DNA of 64,000 nt from Candidatus Omnitrophota bacterium (GTDB lineage: Bacteria > Omnitrophota > Gorgyraeia > 2-01-FULL-45-10). The position numbers were made by a program, and so were the translations under genes. The stretch lies in assembly GCA_903843285.1 (NCBI GenBank), contig CAIMPC010000068.1, positions 1,200-65,199 of the forward strand. The letters are read 5' to 3'. Position 1 is the stretch's first letter. The number at the start of each line of letters is the position of its first letter. Below, in pieces: positions 8,800 through 18,304 of the stretch. A model generated the notes under the pieces. It saw only the letters and a program-made list of their open reading frames with translations. It made no database searches and was not told where the DNA came from.

Positions 8800-10191
8800 A
8801 TGCCCCATAATAAGATCCCCTCTACGGGCCGGTATGTCAATTCAGGCTCAGGCCCTACGATTCAACCTATCGACATAGGCCATCCGCACTATGTGGGACT
8901 GGTGGACGCTGATACCGCGTTTTGGTCGCTGGTTAGGCGCGACAGCTTGTCCGACGTTCTGCGCGACAGCGCGCTACTCACATCCTACATGAGAAAGAGG
9001 GAATCTTTCCGAAAAGAGATGCACAGGCTTCGCTTCGGATTAAAGCCCTCCGCCGTATATTTTAATATCACCGAAAGATGCAATCTCAATTGCCGTTATT
9101 GTTATATTCCTGGGGATATGCGCCGTAATGGGAAACACATGTCCGAGGATAAGGTGATAGAGGCCCTCCGGACGCTTAAGCAATATTTTAATAAAACGAT
9201 AGATAGAAAATTAGTGCCTAAGATAATTTTCCATGGGGCCGAACCTCTGCTTAATAAAAAAGCATTGTTCACTGCCATTGAAAAATTTGGGAAAGATTTC
9301 ACATTCGGGGTGCAAACGAACACTGTCCTATTGGATGCCGAAACAGTCGCGTTTTTGAAATCGAAAAAAGTAAGCATCGGTATATCACTCGACGGCCCGA
9401 CGGCCGGAATAGTTAACAAAACCAGGGCGAGCTGGTCCGGGGAAGGCGTCTTCGAACACGTTATGAAGGCGATGGAGCTGTTAAGGAGCTACGATGCATG
9501 GAGCGTGATATGCACCGTCACTACCGAAAATATGCGTTCCCTTCCGGGGTTCGTCAATTTTTTACATAAGAATGAAGTTCCGACATGTCTTTTAAATGTT
9601 GTCAGATGCACGCTTCCCTCCGCCCGCAAAATCAAACCCGATGATGCGGTCGTCGCGCGGCACTTTATCGATGCGCTCGAGACGAGCTATAAGCTTTATA
9701 AAGAAAGCGGACGAAAACTGGTGGTGGGTAATTTTGCGAACATATTGATCAGCATACTTGCTCCGACGGCGCGCAGGCTGATGTGCGATATTTCACCCTG
9801 CGGGGGAGGTAGAAGCTTTTTTGCGCTGGCGCCGAGCGGTGATATATTTCCCTGCAGTGAATTTATCGGATTGAAACATTTCAAAGGCGGCAACATTTTT
9901 AAGGATAGCGTAAAAGATATCTTAAAGAGCGGCCCATTCAAACTGGTAACGGAAAGAAAAGTGGAAGATATTGAACCATGCCGCCGCTGTGCCATTCGGC
10001 ATTTTTGCGGATCGCCCTGTCCCGCCGAAGCATATGAGATGAACGGCGGAATGAATAAGACAGGCTCATTCTGCGGGTTCTATGAAGAGCAGGCCCGATA
10101 TGCTCTGCGTCTCATAGCGGATAATAAACATACTGCTTTTCTGTGGGACGGCTGGGATCGCGGCACCAAAGAGATATTTAACGTCATATAG
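8800..10191 (+). CDS. cbpB: Peptide-modifying radical SAM/SPASM enzyme, CbpB-like
   Basis: CNLNCRYC; SPASM cysteines MCDISPCGGG...PC...CRRCAIRHFCGSPCPAE; N-terminal DTAFWSL; follows the precursor. Confidence 0.85.
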   Translation: MPHNKIPSTGRYVNSGSGPTIQPIDIGHPHYVGLVDADTAFWSLVRRDSLSDVLRDSALLTSYMRKRESFRKEMHRLRFGLKPSAVYFNITERCNLNCRYCYIPGDMRRNGKHMSEDKVIEALRTLKQYFNKTIDRKLVPKIIFHGAEPLLNKKALFTAIEKFGKDFTFGVQTNTVLLDAETVAFLKSKKVSIGISLDGPTAGIVNKTRASWSGEGVFEHVMKAMELLRSYDAWSVICTVTTENMRSLPGFVNFLHKNEVPTCLLNVVRCTLPSARKIKPDDAVVARHFIDALETSYKLYKESGRKLVVGNFANILISILAPTARRLMCDISPCGGGRSFFALAPSGDIFPCSEFIGLKHFKGGNIFKDSVKDILKSGPFKLVTERKVEDIEPCRRCAIRHFCGSPCPAEAYEMNGGMNKTGSFCGFYEEQARYALRLIADNKHTAFLWDGWDRGTKEIFNVI

Positions 10192-10314
10192 AGATTTTAA
10201 GTAATTCAAAGTTGTATTCCTGAGCAAAATTCCCCATCCTGTTTCTGAGGGCTTGTTATTATCACGGCCGTGGTGTAAAATCGTGTTAATTGTAAAAAGG
10301 AGGATTATCATACT

Positions 10315-11307
10315 ATGAAGAAGATACTGCAAATTATAATCGCCATAGTTACCATACTATCTTTACCGCAGGCGCACGCCGAGGATAATATGCCTCTAAA
10401 GCTCGCCGCAAAAATTACACTACCCAAAGTACGCGGGCGAATAGACCATATGGCGGTAGACCTGAAGAACGATCGCTTGCTCATAGCCTGCGCAGGCAAT
10501 AATACGCTGGAGGTCGTGGATTTAAGAGCGGGTAAGCATCTTTACAGCGTTGCCGGGTTTAAAAAGCCGCAAGGGGTGGTATGTGTATCGGAATATAATA
10601 AGATCTATGTCACGAACGGCGGAAACGGTGAATGCGATATTCTGGACGGAGATTCTCTAAAATTAATTAACGGCATACCGCTATCCGACAATGCGGATAG
10701 TATTCGTTACGAACCATCGGGTAAATTGATCTATGTGGGATACGGTAAAGGGGCCATCGGTATTATTGACCCTTCGACAGATAAGCTTATCAGCCGCTTC
10801 AGCATCGATGGACACCCGGAATCTTTTCAGGTCGAGAGCTCCGGCAATAGAATATATGTTAATGTGCCGGAGGCAGGCAATATTTCAGTGATCAATAAAG
10901 CAAGAGGAGGGATCGTTGACAGATGGCCTCTGCCGAACTTAAAAGGTAATTTTTCGATGGCGCTGGATGAGGCCGGATACAGGGCATTTGTGGGTTGTGG
11001 CGAGGCGCCAACGCTCGTGGTATTTAATACCAAGGCCGGAGAATATGTGGCTAAAATGAAGATCGACAAAGACGCCGACGATATCTATTATGATCAGGCG
11101 CGTAAACGCATCTATATTTCATGCGGCAGTGGTTTCATAGATTGTTTCAGCAGTGACGGAGCCGACCATTATACCAATATAGCTAAGATAAAGACTCCTG
11201 TCGGTTCACGCACCTCGCTATTTGTGCCGGAACAGAACCGGTTTTATGTCGCAGTCCCGTCCCATGGTAAACAGCCTTCGGAGGTCTGGGTTTACGATGC
11301 CCAGTAA
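10315..11307 (+). CDS. Secreted YncE/YVTN-like beta-propeller protein
   Basis: Signal peptide; GRIDHMAVD, HPESFQ and RTSLFVPE propeller motifs. Confidence 0.8.
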   Translation: MKKILQIIIAIVTILSLPQAHAEDNMPLKLAAKITLPKVRGRIDHMAVDLKNDRLLIACAGNNTLEVVDLRAGKHLYSVAGFKKPQGVVCVSEYNKIYVTNGGNGECDILDGDSLKLINGIPLSDNADSIRYEPSGKLIYVGYGKGAIGIIDPSTDKLISRFSIDGHPESFQVESSGNRIYVNVPEAGNISVINKARGGIVDRWPLPNLKGNFSMALDEAGYRAFVGCGEAPTLVVFNTKAGEYVAKMKIDKDADDIYYDQARKRIYISCGSGFIDCFSSDGADHYTNIAKIKTPVGSRTSLFVPEQNRFYVAVPSHGKQPSEVWVYDAQ

Positions 11308-11399
11308 TAACCAAAGCCCCACGGCGGATAAGGCCGTCGCGTTATACACGTCTTAAGACTATCGCATGACTTTCAAATAAGGATGATAGATAACCCAAA

Positions 11400-13037
11400 G
11401 TGCGGACACATCTTTCGAATAAGATAATATCCGACCCATTCAAAACAAATATTTTATCATGGGCCATTGTGTGTTTTGTGATAATATGCGCGAGCCTGAT
11501 AAAGATCCGTTTACTGGGAATGCCGCTTGAGCGCGACGAGGGCGAGTACGCCTACATCGCTCAGCTTTTTTTGCACAAAGCGCCTTTATACATAAATGCC
11601 TATAGCATGAAACTCCCGGGCATATATTTTATATATGCGATTGTCATAAAACTTTTCGGCCATAGCATACAAAGTATACATCTGGGCCTTACCGTAATAA
11701 CCGGCATAACGGGCGTGCTGGTATTTGTATTGGCGAAGCGGCTGTTCAATCCTATAACCGGCGTCGTAGCCGGCATATCTTACATGCTACTCACCATGGG
11801 CAAGTATACGCTGGCCTTTAATATCGAACATGCGGTTATGCTGTTTGTCGTAGGGGGAACCATTCTGCTGATGGAGCCCGCAGGGGGCAGTCGGCGGTTA
11901 TTCATCAGTGGTTTAATGTTCGGTCTCGCATTTATAACAAAACAGCATGCAATATTTTTCATAGCATTCGCATCTGCCTATATAGTATGGGGTCATTTAA
12001 AAGCTCATGCCTCGTCATATGCGCCTTGCGTAAATAGATTGCGCATATTTCTATCCGGGGCGGTATTGCCCTTTATCTTAGTATGCATATTCTTGGCCTG
12101 GCAGGGTGTATTTAATGTTTTTTGGTTCTGGGCCTTCACGTATTCTGCAAAGTACTGCGGCATAATAAAATTTAAAGACGGTATCGAGAATCTTTTCTAC
12201 ACAGCGAATAAGATTATAGGCTGTTCGCCCCTGATATGGCTCGCCGGGGCCTTCGGTATTGTCGTAATGAAATTGGACTCCAGCACCCGGTCGAATATGG
12301 TCATTGTGTCGGGATTTGTTATAGCCTCTATTCTTGCCGTAGTGCCCGGGCTCTATTTTCGCCACCATTATTTTATTTTCATATTTCCTGCCCTGGCCAT
12401 CCTGGCGGGCAGGGCCGTTCATTATGCATGGCAGCGCCTGTCTGCATCGCCCTTATCCGGTGGATACCGAAAGTCGATTATGGCCACCCTATTTATCCTC
12501 CTCTTTGGCATTTCGATATTTCATCAGAGGAAATTCTTATTTAAGATGGATACCGCAGAAGCCGTAAATGATATCTATATAACATCCCCTATAGTCGAGA
12601 CGATGGAGATAGCTAAGTATATCGAAAAACATTCCGATAGCAGTAAGAGCGTCGTGGTGTTTGGCTCGGAGCCCCAGATATTTTATTACTTAAATAGGTT
12701 CTCGCCGATCAGCTACATATATGTGTATCCGCTCATGGAAGAGACTCGGTATGTTTTAAATTTGCAGAAGAATTTTATAAAGCAGGTCGAATCGGCCAAT
12801 GCGGACTATCTGGTATATGTGAATGTAAGCACGTCATGGTTTAACAGATATATAAATAAAGCTATAGCATATCCGCTATTTGAATGGATGCACGCTTATC
12901 AGAAGAGGTATTATGATATAGTGGGCGTTATAGATATGATCTCGCGCAATAACAGTGTCTATGTCTGGGATTCTGAGGTGATCAAATATAGACCGAAGTC
13001 GGATAGTTTTATATACGTACTGAAGCGAAAAGAATAA
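11400..13037 (+). CDS. ArnT/GT39-like (GT-C) membrane glycosyltransferase
   Basis: PLERDEGEYAY...KLPG loop, many TM helices, TKQH, HYF. Confidence 0.75.
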   Translation: MRTHLSNKIISDPFKTNILSWAIVCFVIICASLIKIRLLGMPLERDEGEYAYIAQLFLHKAPLYINAYSMKLPGIYFIYAIVIKLFGHSIQSIHLGLTVITGITGVLVFVLAKRLFNPITGVVAGISYMLLTMGKYTLAFNIEHAVMLFVVGGTILLMEPAGGSRRLFISGLMFGLAFITKQHAIFFIAFASAYIVWGHLKAHASSYAPCVNRLRIFLSGAVLPFILVCIFLAWQGVFNVFWFWAFTYSAKYCGIIKFKDGIENLFYTANKIIGCSPLIWLAGAFGIVVMKLDSSTRSNMVIVSGFVIASILAVVPGLYFRHHYFIFIFPALAILAGRAVHYAWQRLSASPLSGGYRKSIMATLFILLFGISIFHQRKFLFKMDTAEAVNDIYITSPIVETMEIAKYIEKHSDSSKSVVVFGSEPQIFYYLNRFSPISYIYVYPLMEETRYVLNLQKNFIKQVESANADYLVYVNVSTSWFNRYINKAIAYPLFEWMHAYQKRYYDIVGVIDMISRNNSVYVWDSEVIKYRPKSDSFIYVLKRKE

Positions 13038-13064
13038 CCCGCATGATACATTTTTTCGACATGA

Positions 13065-13073
13065 TGGTATAAT
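13065..13073 (+). promoter_or_regulatory. Extended -10 promoter element (TGgTATAAT)
   Basis: Perfect TGnTATAAT immediately upstream of the palindromic repeat and the beta-lactamase-like gene. Confidence 0.45.
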
Positions 13074-13075
13074 AA

Positions 13076-13204
13076 GAGACTGCCTGCGAAATACCCAACT
13101 CCGCGTCATTCTGAACGAAGTGAAGAATCTCGACGGTAAATAGATTCTTCGGTCGGCCGATGACCTCCCTCAGAATGACGGAAGTTGCATTTCGCAACAG
13201 TCCC
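13076..13204. repeat. Palindromic REP/MITE-like element
   Basis: Nested inverted repeats: outer gactg..tgcgaaat / atttcgcaacagtc, then gtcattctga / tcagaatgac, inner gaagaatct / agattcttc. Confidence 0.8.
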
Positions 13205-13222
13205 AATAAAACAAGTGATAAA

Positions 13223-14158
13223 ATGAAAACCAAGATAATATTATTTTTAGCTTTCCTAATAGTTTTTGGCATAGGCTCATTTTTTATTTATAAGGGCTAT
13301 AGAGATCATCGCCGGCAGATCGTGATGGATAAGATCCTATCGGAAAAGAAGGAAAAGGCGTGGCTAAGCCTAAGGAAGACATTAGAGGATAGGATAGAGC
13401 ACTTTAATGGCATCGTCTGCGTTGTCATAGAAGATTTAGGTTCCCTCAGGCAGATCCGTTTTAACGAGGACATTCCCATTCCTTCGGCAAGCTTAGTAAA
13501 GGTCCCCATATTGCTCTCATGTTTCTACGCCGCGCAGGATAAAAAGATCCAGCTCGAGGACGTAGTAAATATCAGGCCTTCAGATAGGGTGGCCGGTTCA
13601 AAAGTATTGGGGAACAGATCCGCGGGTTGTAAATTTACGATAAAAGAATTATTCGAGCCCATGATAACAGAGAGCGATAATACTGCGGCAAACGCCCTTA
13701 TAGATTGCTTGGGGTTTGATGTATTGAATTCATATTTTAAAAAGATTGGTTTAAGGAACACCAACATTTTACGAAAGATGATGGATTTTGAAGAAAGAAA
13801 AGAGGGAAGAGAGAACTATACCACCGCCCGGGACATGGCTTATCTCATGAGGAGATTATATTGCAAGGATTTCTTAAATAAAGGCGTATCCACACAATGT
13901 CTGAAATTGCTCGAACAACAGAAGATAAACGATCGCATACCGAAAAGACTGCCCAAAGACGGCATGCGCATCGCCCATAAGACGGGCTTGGAAAAACATA
14001 TCTGCCATGATGTGGGAATTGTATTCAGTCCCAATGGTGATTTTTTAATATGCGTTTTGATCAAACATAAGGATAAGACTGCGGTTAGCGCAAAAAAACT
14101 TATTTCAGATATCGCGCTACTTACGTATAATTATTATAATCTGCATTTTAAAATGTAA
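13223..14158 (+). CDS. Membrane-anchored class A beta-lactamase-like serine hydrolase
   Basis: SASLVK (SxxK), SDN, HKTG. Likely start is MKTKIILF; the longer ORF start lies inside the repeat. Confidence 0.85.
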   Translation: MKTKIILFLAFLIVFGIGSFFIYKGYRDHRRQIVMDKILSEKKEKAWLSLRKTLEDRIEHFNGIVCVVIEDLGSLRQIRFNEDIPIPSASLVKVPILLSCFYAAQDKKIQLEDVVNIRPSDRVAGSKVLGNRSAGCKFTIKELFEPMITESDNTAANALIDCLGFDVLNSYFKKIGLRNTNILRKMMDFEERKEGRENYTTARDMAYLMRRLYCKDFLNKGVSTQCLKLLEQQKINDRIPKRLPKDGMRIAHKTGLEKHICHDVGIVFSPNGDFLICVLIKHKDKTAVSAKKLISDIALLTYNYYNLHFKM

Positions 14159-14176
14159 ATAAAGATCCGGAGGTTT

Positions 14177-15601
14177 ATGGACGATTATACGATCATGGAC
14201 AGCGCCCGACAGAAATGGCTGATAGCCCTGGCCTCGATAACGGTCTTCATGTTCAGCATAGACTATAGCCTGGTCAATATTTCATTGCCCTCGATCGCGA
14301 AATATTTTACAGCCACGATAGCGCATGTCTCGATGGTGCCGCTGGCGTATCTGCTGGTGGTGACCAGCACCGTACTTTTGTTCGGGAAGCTCGGAGATAT
14401 AATAGGATATAAGAAGATATTTGTAACGGGACTCGTAATTTTTGTCACAGGAACTTTCTTCTGCAGTATCGCGCCTACGTTGAACATCCTCTTAGGTCTA
14501 AGGGTTTATCAGTGCATCGGGGAAGCGATGTTCAGCCCTATGGCGATCGCGCTGGTTATGGTTTTATTGCCGCCGTCGATCCGCGGCAGGGCCCTTGGCC
14601 TAATGGCGACGGCTCAGGGGGCGGGTTTTTGTCTCGGTTCGCTATTAGGCGGGGGCATTAATAATTATCTGGGATGGCGGGGGATATTTTATATAAATAT
14701 TCCGATAGGCATATGCATGATAGTCCTGGCCGTTAAGATGATCCCGTCGAAACAGCGGCAAGCCGCGGATAGCCGTATAGATTTTATAGGCGCGATCCTG
14801 GCGTTTATATCGCTCTCCGCTTTCATCTACGCCATCAATTCGATCTCAAGTCTGGGGTTGAGAAACCAATCTGTAATTTTGTGTTTTTTAATATCCGCCA
14901 TTACACTGTTTTTATTTGTATTACAGGAGATCCGTACGCCGAATCCGATACTCCACATGCCGCTATTCTTAAACCGCGATTTTACGTTTGCCACCGCTTC
15001 GGCATTTTGCGTCGTCTTTGTGTATATGGGGTTGATATTTTTACTGCCCTTTTATTTAAATATGGTCCGGGGTATAAACATGATGTCGGCCGGACTTCTG
15101 CTTATGATACCGGCATTGATGGTTATAATCTTTGCGCCCATAGCAGGGATTTTATCGGACAGGTTCGGCTCCAGGGTAATATGCACCATAGCTATAGCCA
15201 TGACAACGATCGCGTTCTTTATTCTATCAAGGCTTGCCGCCGGCTCACCCATACATAGCATCATGCCTTCGCTGGTGCTATCCGGCATAGCAATAGGATC
15301 TTTCTTGCCGGCGAATAACAAATTAGTTATGATACAAGCTCCATCGGATAAGCAGGGTATGGCCTCGGCCGTCTATAAGATAATCAACTCCACGGGCGGC
15401 GTCTTCGGATTAGCCGTACTGCCATTGGTTCTGATAAAGAAGGTGTATGCTCAGGCCGAGTCGATGCATATAAATATGGCCTCGGCTAAAAACAGTCCGG
15501 AAATTTTGGCGGCAGGATTTGACGCGGCTTTTAAATTTGGCATGTTGGTTTGCTTAGCCGGATTGATCTTCGCCGCCCTGGCACGGGATAAGAAGCCGTA
15601 G
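14177..15601 (+). CDS. MFS transporter, DHA2 (EmrB/QacA-like)
   Basis: NISLPSI, GKLGDIIG, WRGIFYINIPIG; about 14 TM helices. Confidence 0.88.
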   Translation: MDDYTIMDSARQKWLIALASITVFMFSIDYSLVNISLPSIAKYFTATIAHVSMVPLAYLLVVTSTVLLFGKLGDIIGYKKIFVTGLVIFVTGTFFCSIAPTLNILLGLRVYQCIGEAMFSPMAIALVMVLLPPSIRGRALGLMATAQGAGFCLGSLLGGGINNYLGWRGIFYINIPIGICMIVLAVKMIPSKQRQAADSRIDFIGAILAFISLSAFIYAINSISSLGLRNQSVILCFLISAITLFLFVLQEIRTPNPILHMPLFLNRDFTFATASAFCVVFVYMGLIFLLPFYLNMVRGINMMSAGLLLMIPALMVIIFAPIAGILSDRFGSRVICTIAIAMTTIAFFILSRLAAGSPIHSIMPSLVLSGIAIGSFLPANNKLVMIQAPSDKQGMASAVYKIINSTGGVFGLAVLPLVLIKKVYAQAESMHINMASAKNSPEILAAGFDAAFKFGMLVCLAGLIFAALARDKKP

Positions 15602-15629
15602 TATAATGATTAAACGATAGGATGGCGGA

Positions 15630-16472
15630 ATGAAGATCAATATCGCGAAAAGCGCAGGTTTCTGTTTCGGTGTAAGGCGCGCCATACAGATCGCCATGAA
15701 AGCCGCCCGGAGCGGACGTGAAGTCTATATGCTCGGTGATATCGTCCATAACGAGGTGGTCGTCGGTAAGCTGAAAGATTCAGGCGTGAAGAAAATTAAA
15801 TCCCTCGGCCCGGGCCGGGGCAGAACCCTCCTTATACGCGCGCATGGCGCACAGGCCGGCACCATATCCGGCGCCCGAAGCGCGGGATATAATATCATCG
15901 ACGCCACGTGCCCGATGGTCAAAGAGATACACGCGATCGCGAAGAAACTGGAAGATGAGGGCAGGATGGTCATAATAATAGGTGATAAGGAGCACGACGA
16001 GGTGCGTGGTATCGTCGGGCAGTTAAATAAAAAGCCGATCATCATCAGTTCTCTCGCAGATGTAAAACTCAAAAGGCTCCACCGCATCAAGGGCGTCGGT
16101 ATAGTAGTTCAGTCGACGCAGGAAGAGTCGAAGGTGATGGAAATAGTGGCGCGCATTAAAAAATATATCGGTGACGTTGCCTTTAAAAATACCATATGCG
16201 ATCCAACGAAATTGAAACAGAGTCAGGCGAAGACACTACCCGCCGAGAATGACGTAGTGGTGGTGGTCGGATCGAGATCCAGCGCAAATACAAAACGTCT
16301 CTATCAGATATCCCGCCGACTTAACAGAAGGACGTATTGGGTGAACTCGCCGGGCGAGATCAGGCCTTCATGGTTTAAAGAGGCAGGGTCGGTAGGCATT
16401 ACAGCGGGGGCATCTACCCCCGAGAGCTCCATAAAGAAAGTCGCGGAGGGCATAAAAAATCTATGCGCATAG
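15630..16472 (+). CDS. ispH: 4-hydroxy-3-methylbut-2-enyl diphosphate reductase
   Basis: AGFCFGV, IVHN, RAHG, DATCPMV, NTIC, SSANT, TAGASTP. Confidence 0.96.
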   Translation: MKINIAKSAGFCFGVRRAIQIAMKAARSGREVYMLGDIVHNEVVVGKLKDSGVKKIKSLGPGRGRTLLIRAHGAQAGTISGARSAGYNIIDATCPMVKEIHAIAKKLEDEGRMVIIIGDKEHDEVRGIVGQLNKKPIIISSLADVKLKRLHRIKGVGIVVQSTQEESKVMEIVARIKKYIGDVAFKNTICDPTKLKQSQAKTLPAENDVVVVVGSRSSANTKRLYQISRRLNRRTYWVNSPGEIRPSWFKEAGSVGITAGASTPESSIKKVAEGIKNLCA

Positions 16473-16951
16473 TAAAAATATATATCATAGCTATTCTGGT
16501 GATGCTATCGACATGCGGCATAGCAATGTGCGGCATGGATGAAGACCGCGCAAAAATAAAGACGCCTGAGGATATTGCCAAACTGCTTTCAAAAGAATAT
16601 TCCTACGAATGGCGGATAGCATCTAAATGGCATACTGCCGAGGAGACCTTAGAGTCGAAGCGGGGAAGTTGTAAAGATCTTGCCACGCTGAGCCAGTCGC
16701 TATTGGCCGATATAGGTATACGTTCCGACATAATAGTGATCAGGTTTAAAGGGCTGAAAATATCACACGCTGTATGTACCTGGATGGATGAAGGGGGATA
16801 CAGTTTTATGACGAATAGAGGATACGTGAAGACCGGAGCGCAATCTCTGGAGGGCGCGTTAGACGCATACTATCCGGACTGGAAAGAGATAGTTTTCACT
16901 ACACCCGATGGTAAATACGGAGAGGTTATCAAATCGGATGACAATAGGTAG
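16463..16951 (+). CDS. Secreted transglutaminase-like cysteine protease-fold protein
   Basis: Signal peptide; ETLESKRGSCKDLA and HAVC. Confidence 0.7.
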   Translation: MRIVKIYIIAILVMLSTCGIAMCGMDEDRAKIKTPEDIAKLLSKEYSYEWRIASKWHTAEETLESKRGSCKDLATLSQSLLADIGIRSDIIVIRFKGLKISHAVCTWMDEGGYSFMTNRGYVKTGAQSLEGALDAYYPDWKEIVFTTPDGKYGEVIKSDDNR

Positions 16952-17446
16952 GTGATAATGCGCATAACAAAGATTCTTATCGCGGCGATCTCGATAATTC
17001 TCTTGTCATATCATATGGGCTATTCTGATGTCGAGAAGGATCGATCGGATATACAGTCACCGAATGACGTCGCCAAGTGGCTGTCAAAAGAGTTCACTTA
17101 CGAATGGCAGATACCTACGCCATGGCAGAGCGCGCAGGAGACCATGAATTTAAAACGGGGCAGCTGCATGGATTTTGCCATTCTCAGCCAGTCTCTTTTA
17201 TCAAGGATGGGTGTTCACTGCGACATAGTTATAATAAAATTTAAGAATTTAAAAATTGCACACGCCGTATGCGCCTGGAAAGACAAAAAAGGTTACAGTT
17301 TTATGACGAACAAGGAATATGTGCAGACCAGGGCACACTCCTTAAGGGATGCCGTAAATAAATACTATCCTGACTGGAAAGAGATAGTTTTCACAACTCC
17401 CGACAAACGGCAGGGCGAAATAATAAGATCGGATGATAACGGATGA
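16952..17446 (+). CDS. Secreted transglutaminase-like protein, tandem paralogue of the previous gene
   Basis: RGSCMDFA, HAVC; shares YYPDWKEIVFTTPD and SDDN with the upstream gene. Confidence 0.7.
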   Translation: MIMRITKILIAAISIILLSYHMGYSDVEKDRSDIQSPNDVAKWLSKEFTYEWQIPTPWQSAQETMNLKRGSCMDFAILSQSLLSRMGVHCDIVIIKFKNLKIAHAVCAWKDKKGYSFMTNKEYVQTRAHSLRDAVNKYYPDWKEIVFTTPDKRQGEIIRSDDNG

Positions 17447-18243
17447 AAGTGATAAACCGGAACTTTGGGGCCATAGCCGGCTTAATCATTATTACGATGT
17501 TGACTATAATAGTCATGTCCGAACGCGTTTATTGCTACGCAGATGATAGCGACGAGTTAATTTCATATTTTGAAAGAGCGTCCGAAATAGTGAATGCAGA
17601 TGCTTCAACTTACATGAATCGCGGCCATGCTTATTCCCATGAAGGCGATTTTGATAGTGCCATTTCCGATTTTAGCCGGGCCATAAAAATAGATCCCACG
17701 AATGTCACCGCCTACAATACGCGCGCTTTTGCATATGCATCCAAAGGCGATACCGAAGGGGCCATCATTGACTTTACGAAAACCATAAAAATAGATCCCA
17801 CGAATGTCACCGCCTACAATACGCGCGCTTTCGCGTATGCCTCTAAGGGCGATTTTGAAACTGCCATCATAGATTTTACCAAAGCGATAGAAATAAGTCC
17901 CGATGACGTAAGCTATAATAATAGAGGAAACGCCTATGCAGGCATCTCCGATCCGGACAAGGCTGCGATAGATTTTACCAAAGCGATAAAAATTAATCCG
18001 AGTAATGTGTCGGCATATAACAACCGCGGTAATGTGTATGCAGGTAAAGGCGATCTCGACAGGGCTATCGCGGACTTCGATACTGCGATAAGGATAGACA
18101 CTTATAATGCATCGGCTTATGCTAACAGGGCAATGGCTTATTTTCTTAAAGGAGAATACGTTAAGAGCAGGGAGGATGTGCGTAAAGCGCAATTTTTAGG
18201 TTATAAGTTTAACGCCGAGTTTCTAAGGAGACTCGAAAAGTAG
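17443..18243 (+). CDS. Tetratricopeptide repeat protein
   Basis: Repeated AYNxRG/A...GD...AI.DFTKAI.I.P 34-aa units; N-terminal hydrophobic segment. Confidence 0.92.
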   Translation: MKVINRNFGAIAGLIIITMLTIIVMSERVYCYADDSDELISYFERASEIVNADASTYMNRGHAYSHEGDFDSAISDFSRAIKIDPTNVTAYNTRAFAYASKGDTEGAIIDFTKTIKIDPTNVTAYNTRAFAYASKGDFETAIIDFTKAIEISPDDVSYNNRGNAYAGISDPDKAAIDFTKAIKINPSNVSAYNNRGNVYAGKGDLDRAIADFDTAIRIDTYNASAYANRAMAYFLKGEYVKSREDVRKAQFLGYKFNAEFLRRLEK

Positions 18244-18304
18244 CGTATTTATTCTGTATAATTTTTTTGGCGCAGTAGGCTAATTACAGCGGAGGATATA
18301 AAAA

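Noticed and set aside
13009-13272. Minus-strand 87-aa ORF and the MTSLRMT start of the beta-lactamase-like ORF
   Set aside because: Both are read through the palindromic repeat; no independent coding evidence.
13223-14158. Bona fide acquired beta-lactam resistance gene
   Set aside because: The motifs fit the broad class A-like serine hydrolase family with a membrane anchor; activity cannot be inferred from sequence.
16463-17446. Transglutaminase-like genes as the RiPP leader peptidase
   Set aside because: They carry signal peptides and lie about 9 kb from the cassette, which has its own S26 domain.
17605-18192. Long antisense ORFs (also 21719-22420, 33236-34000, 39926-40522)
   Set aside because: Shadows of well-supported + strand genes with no recognisable motifs.
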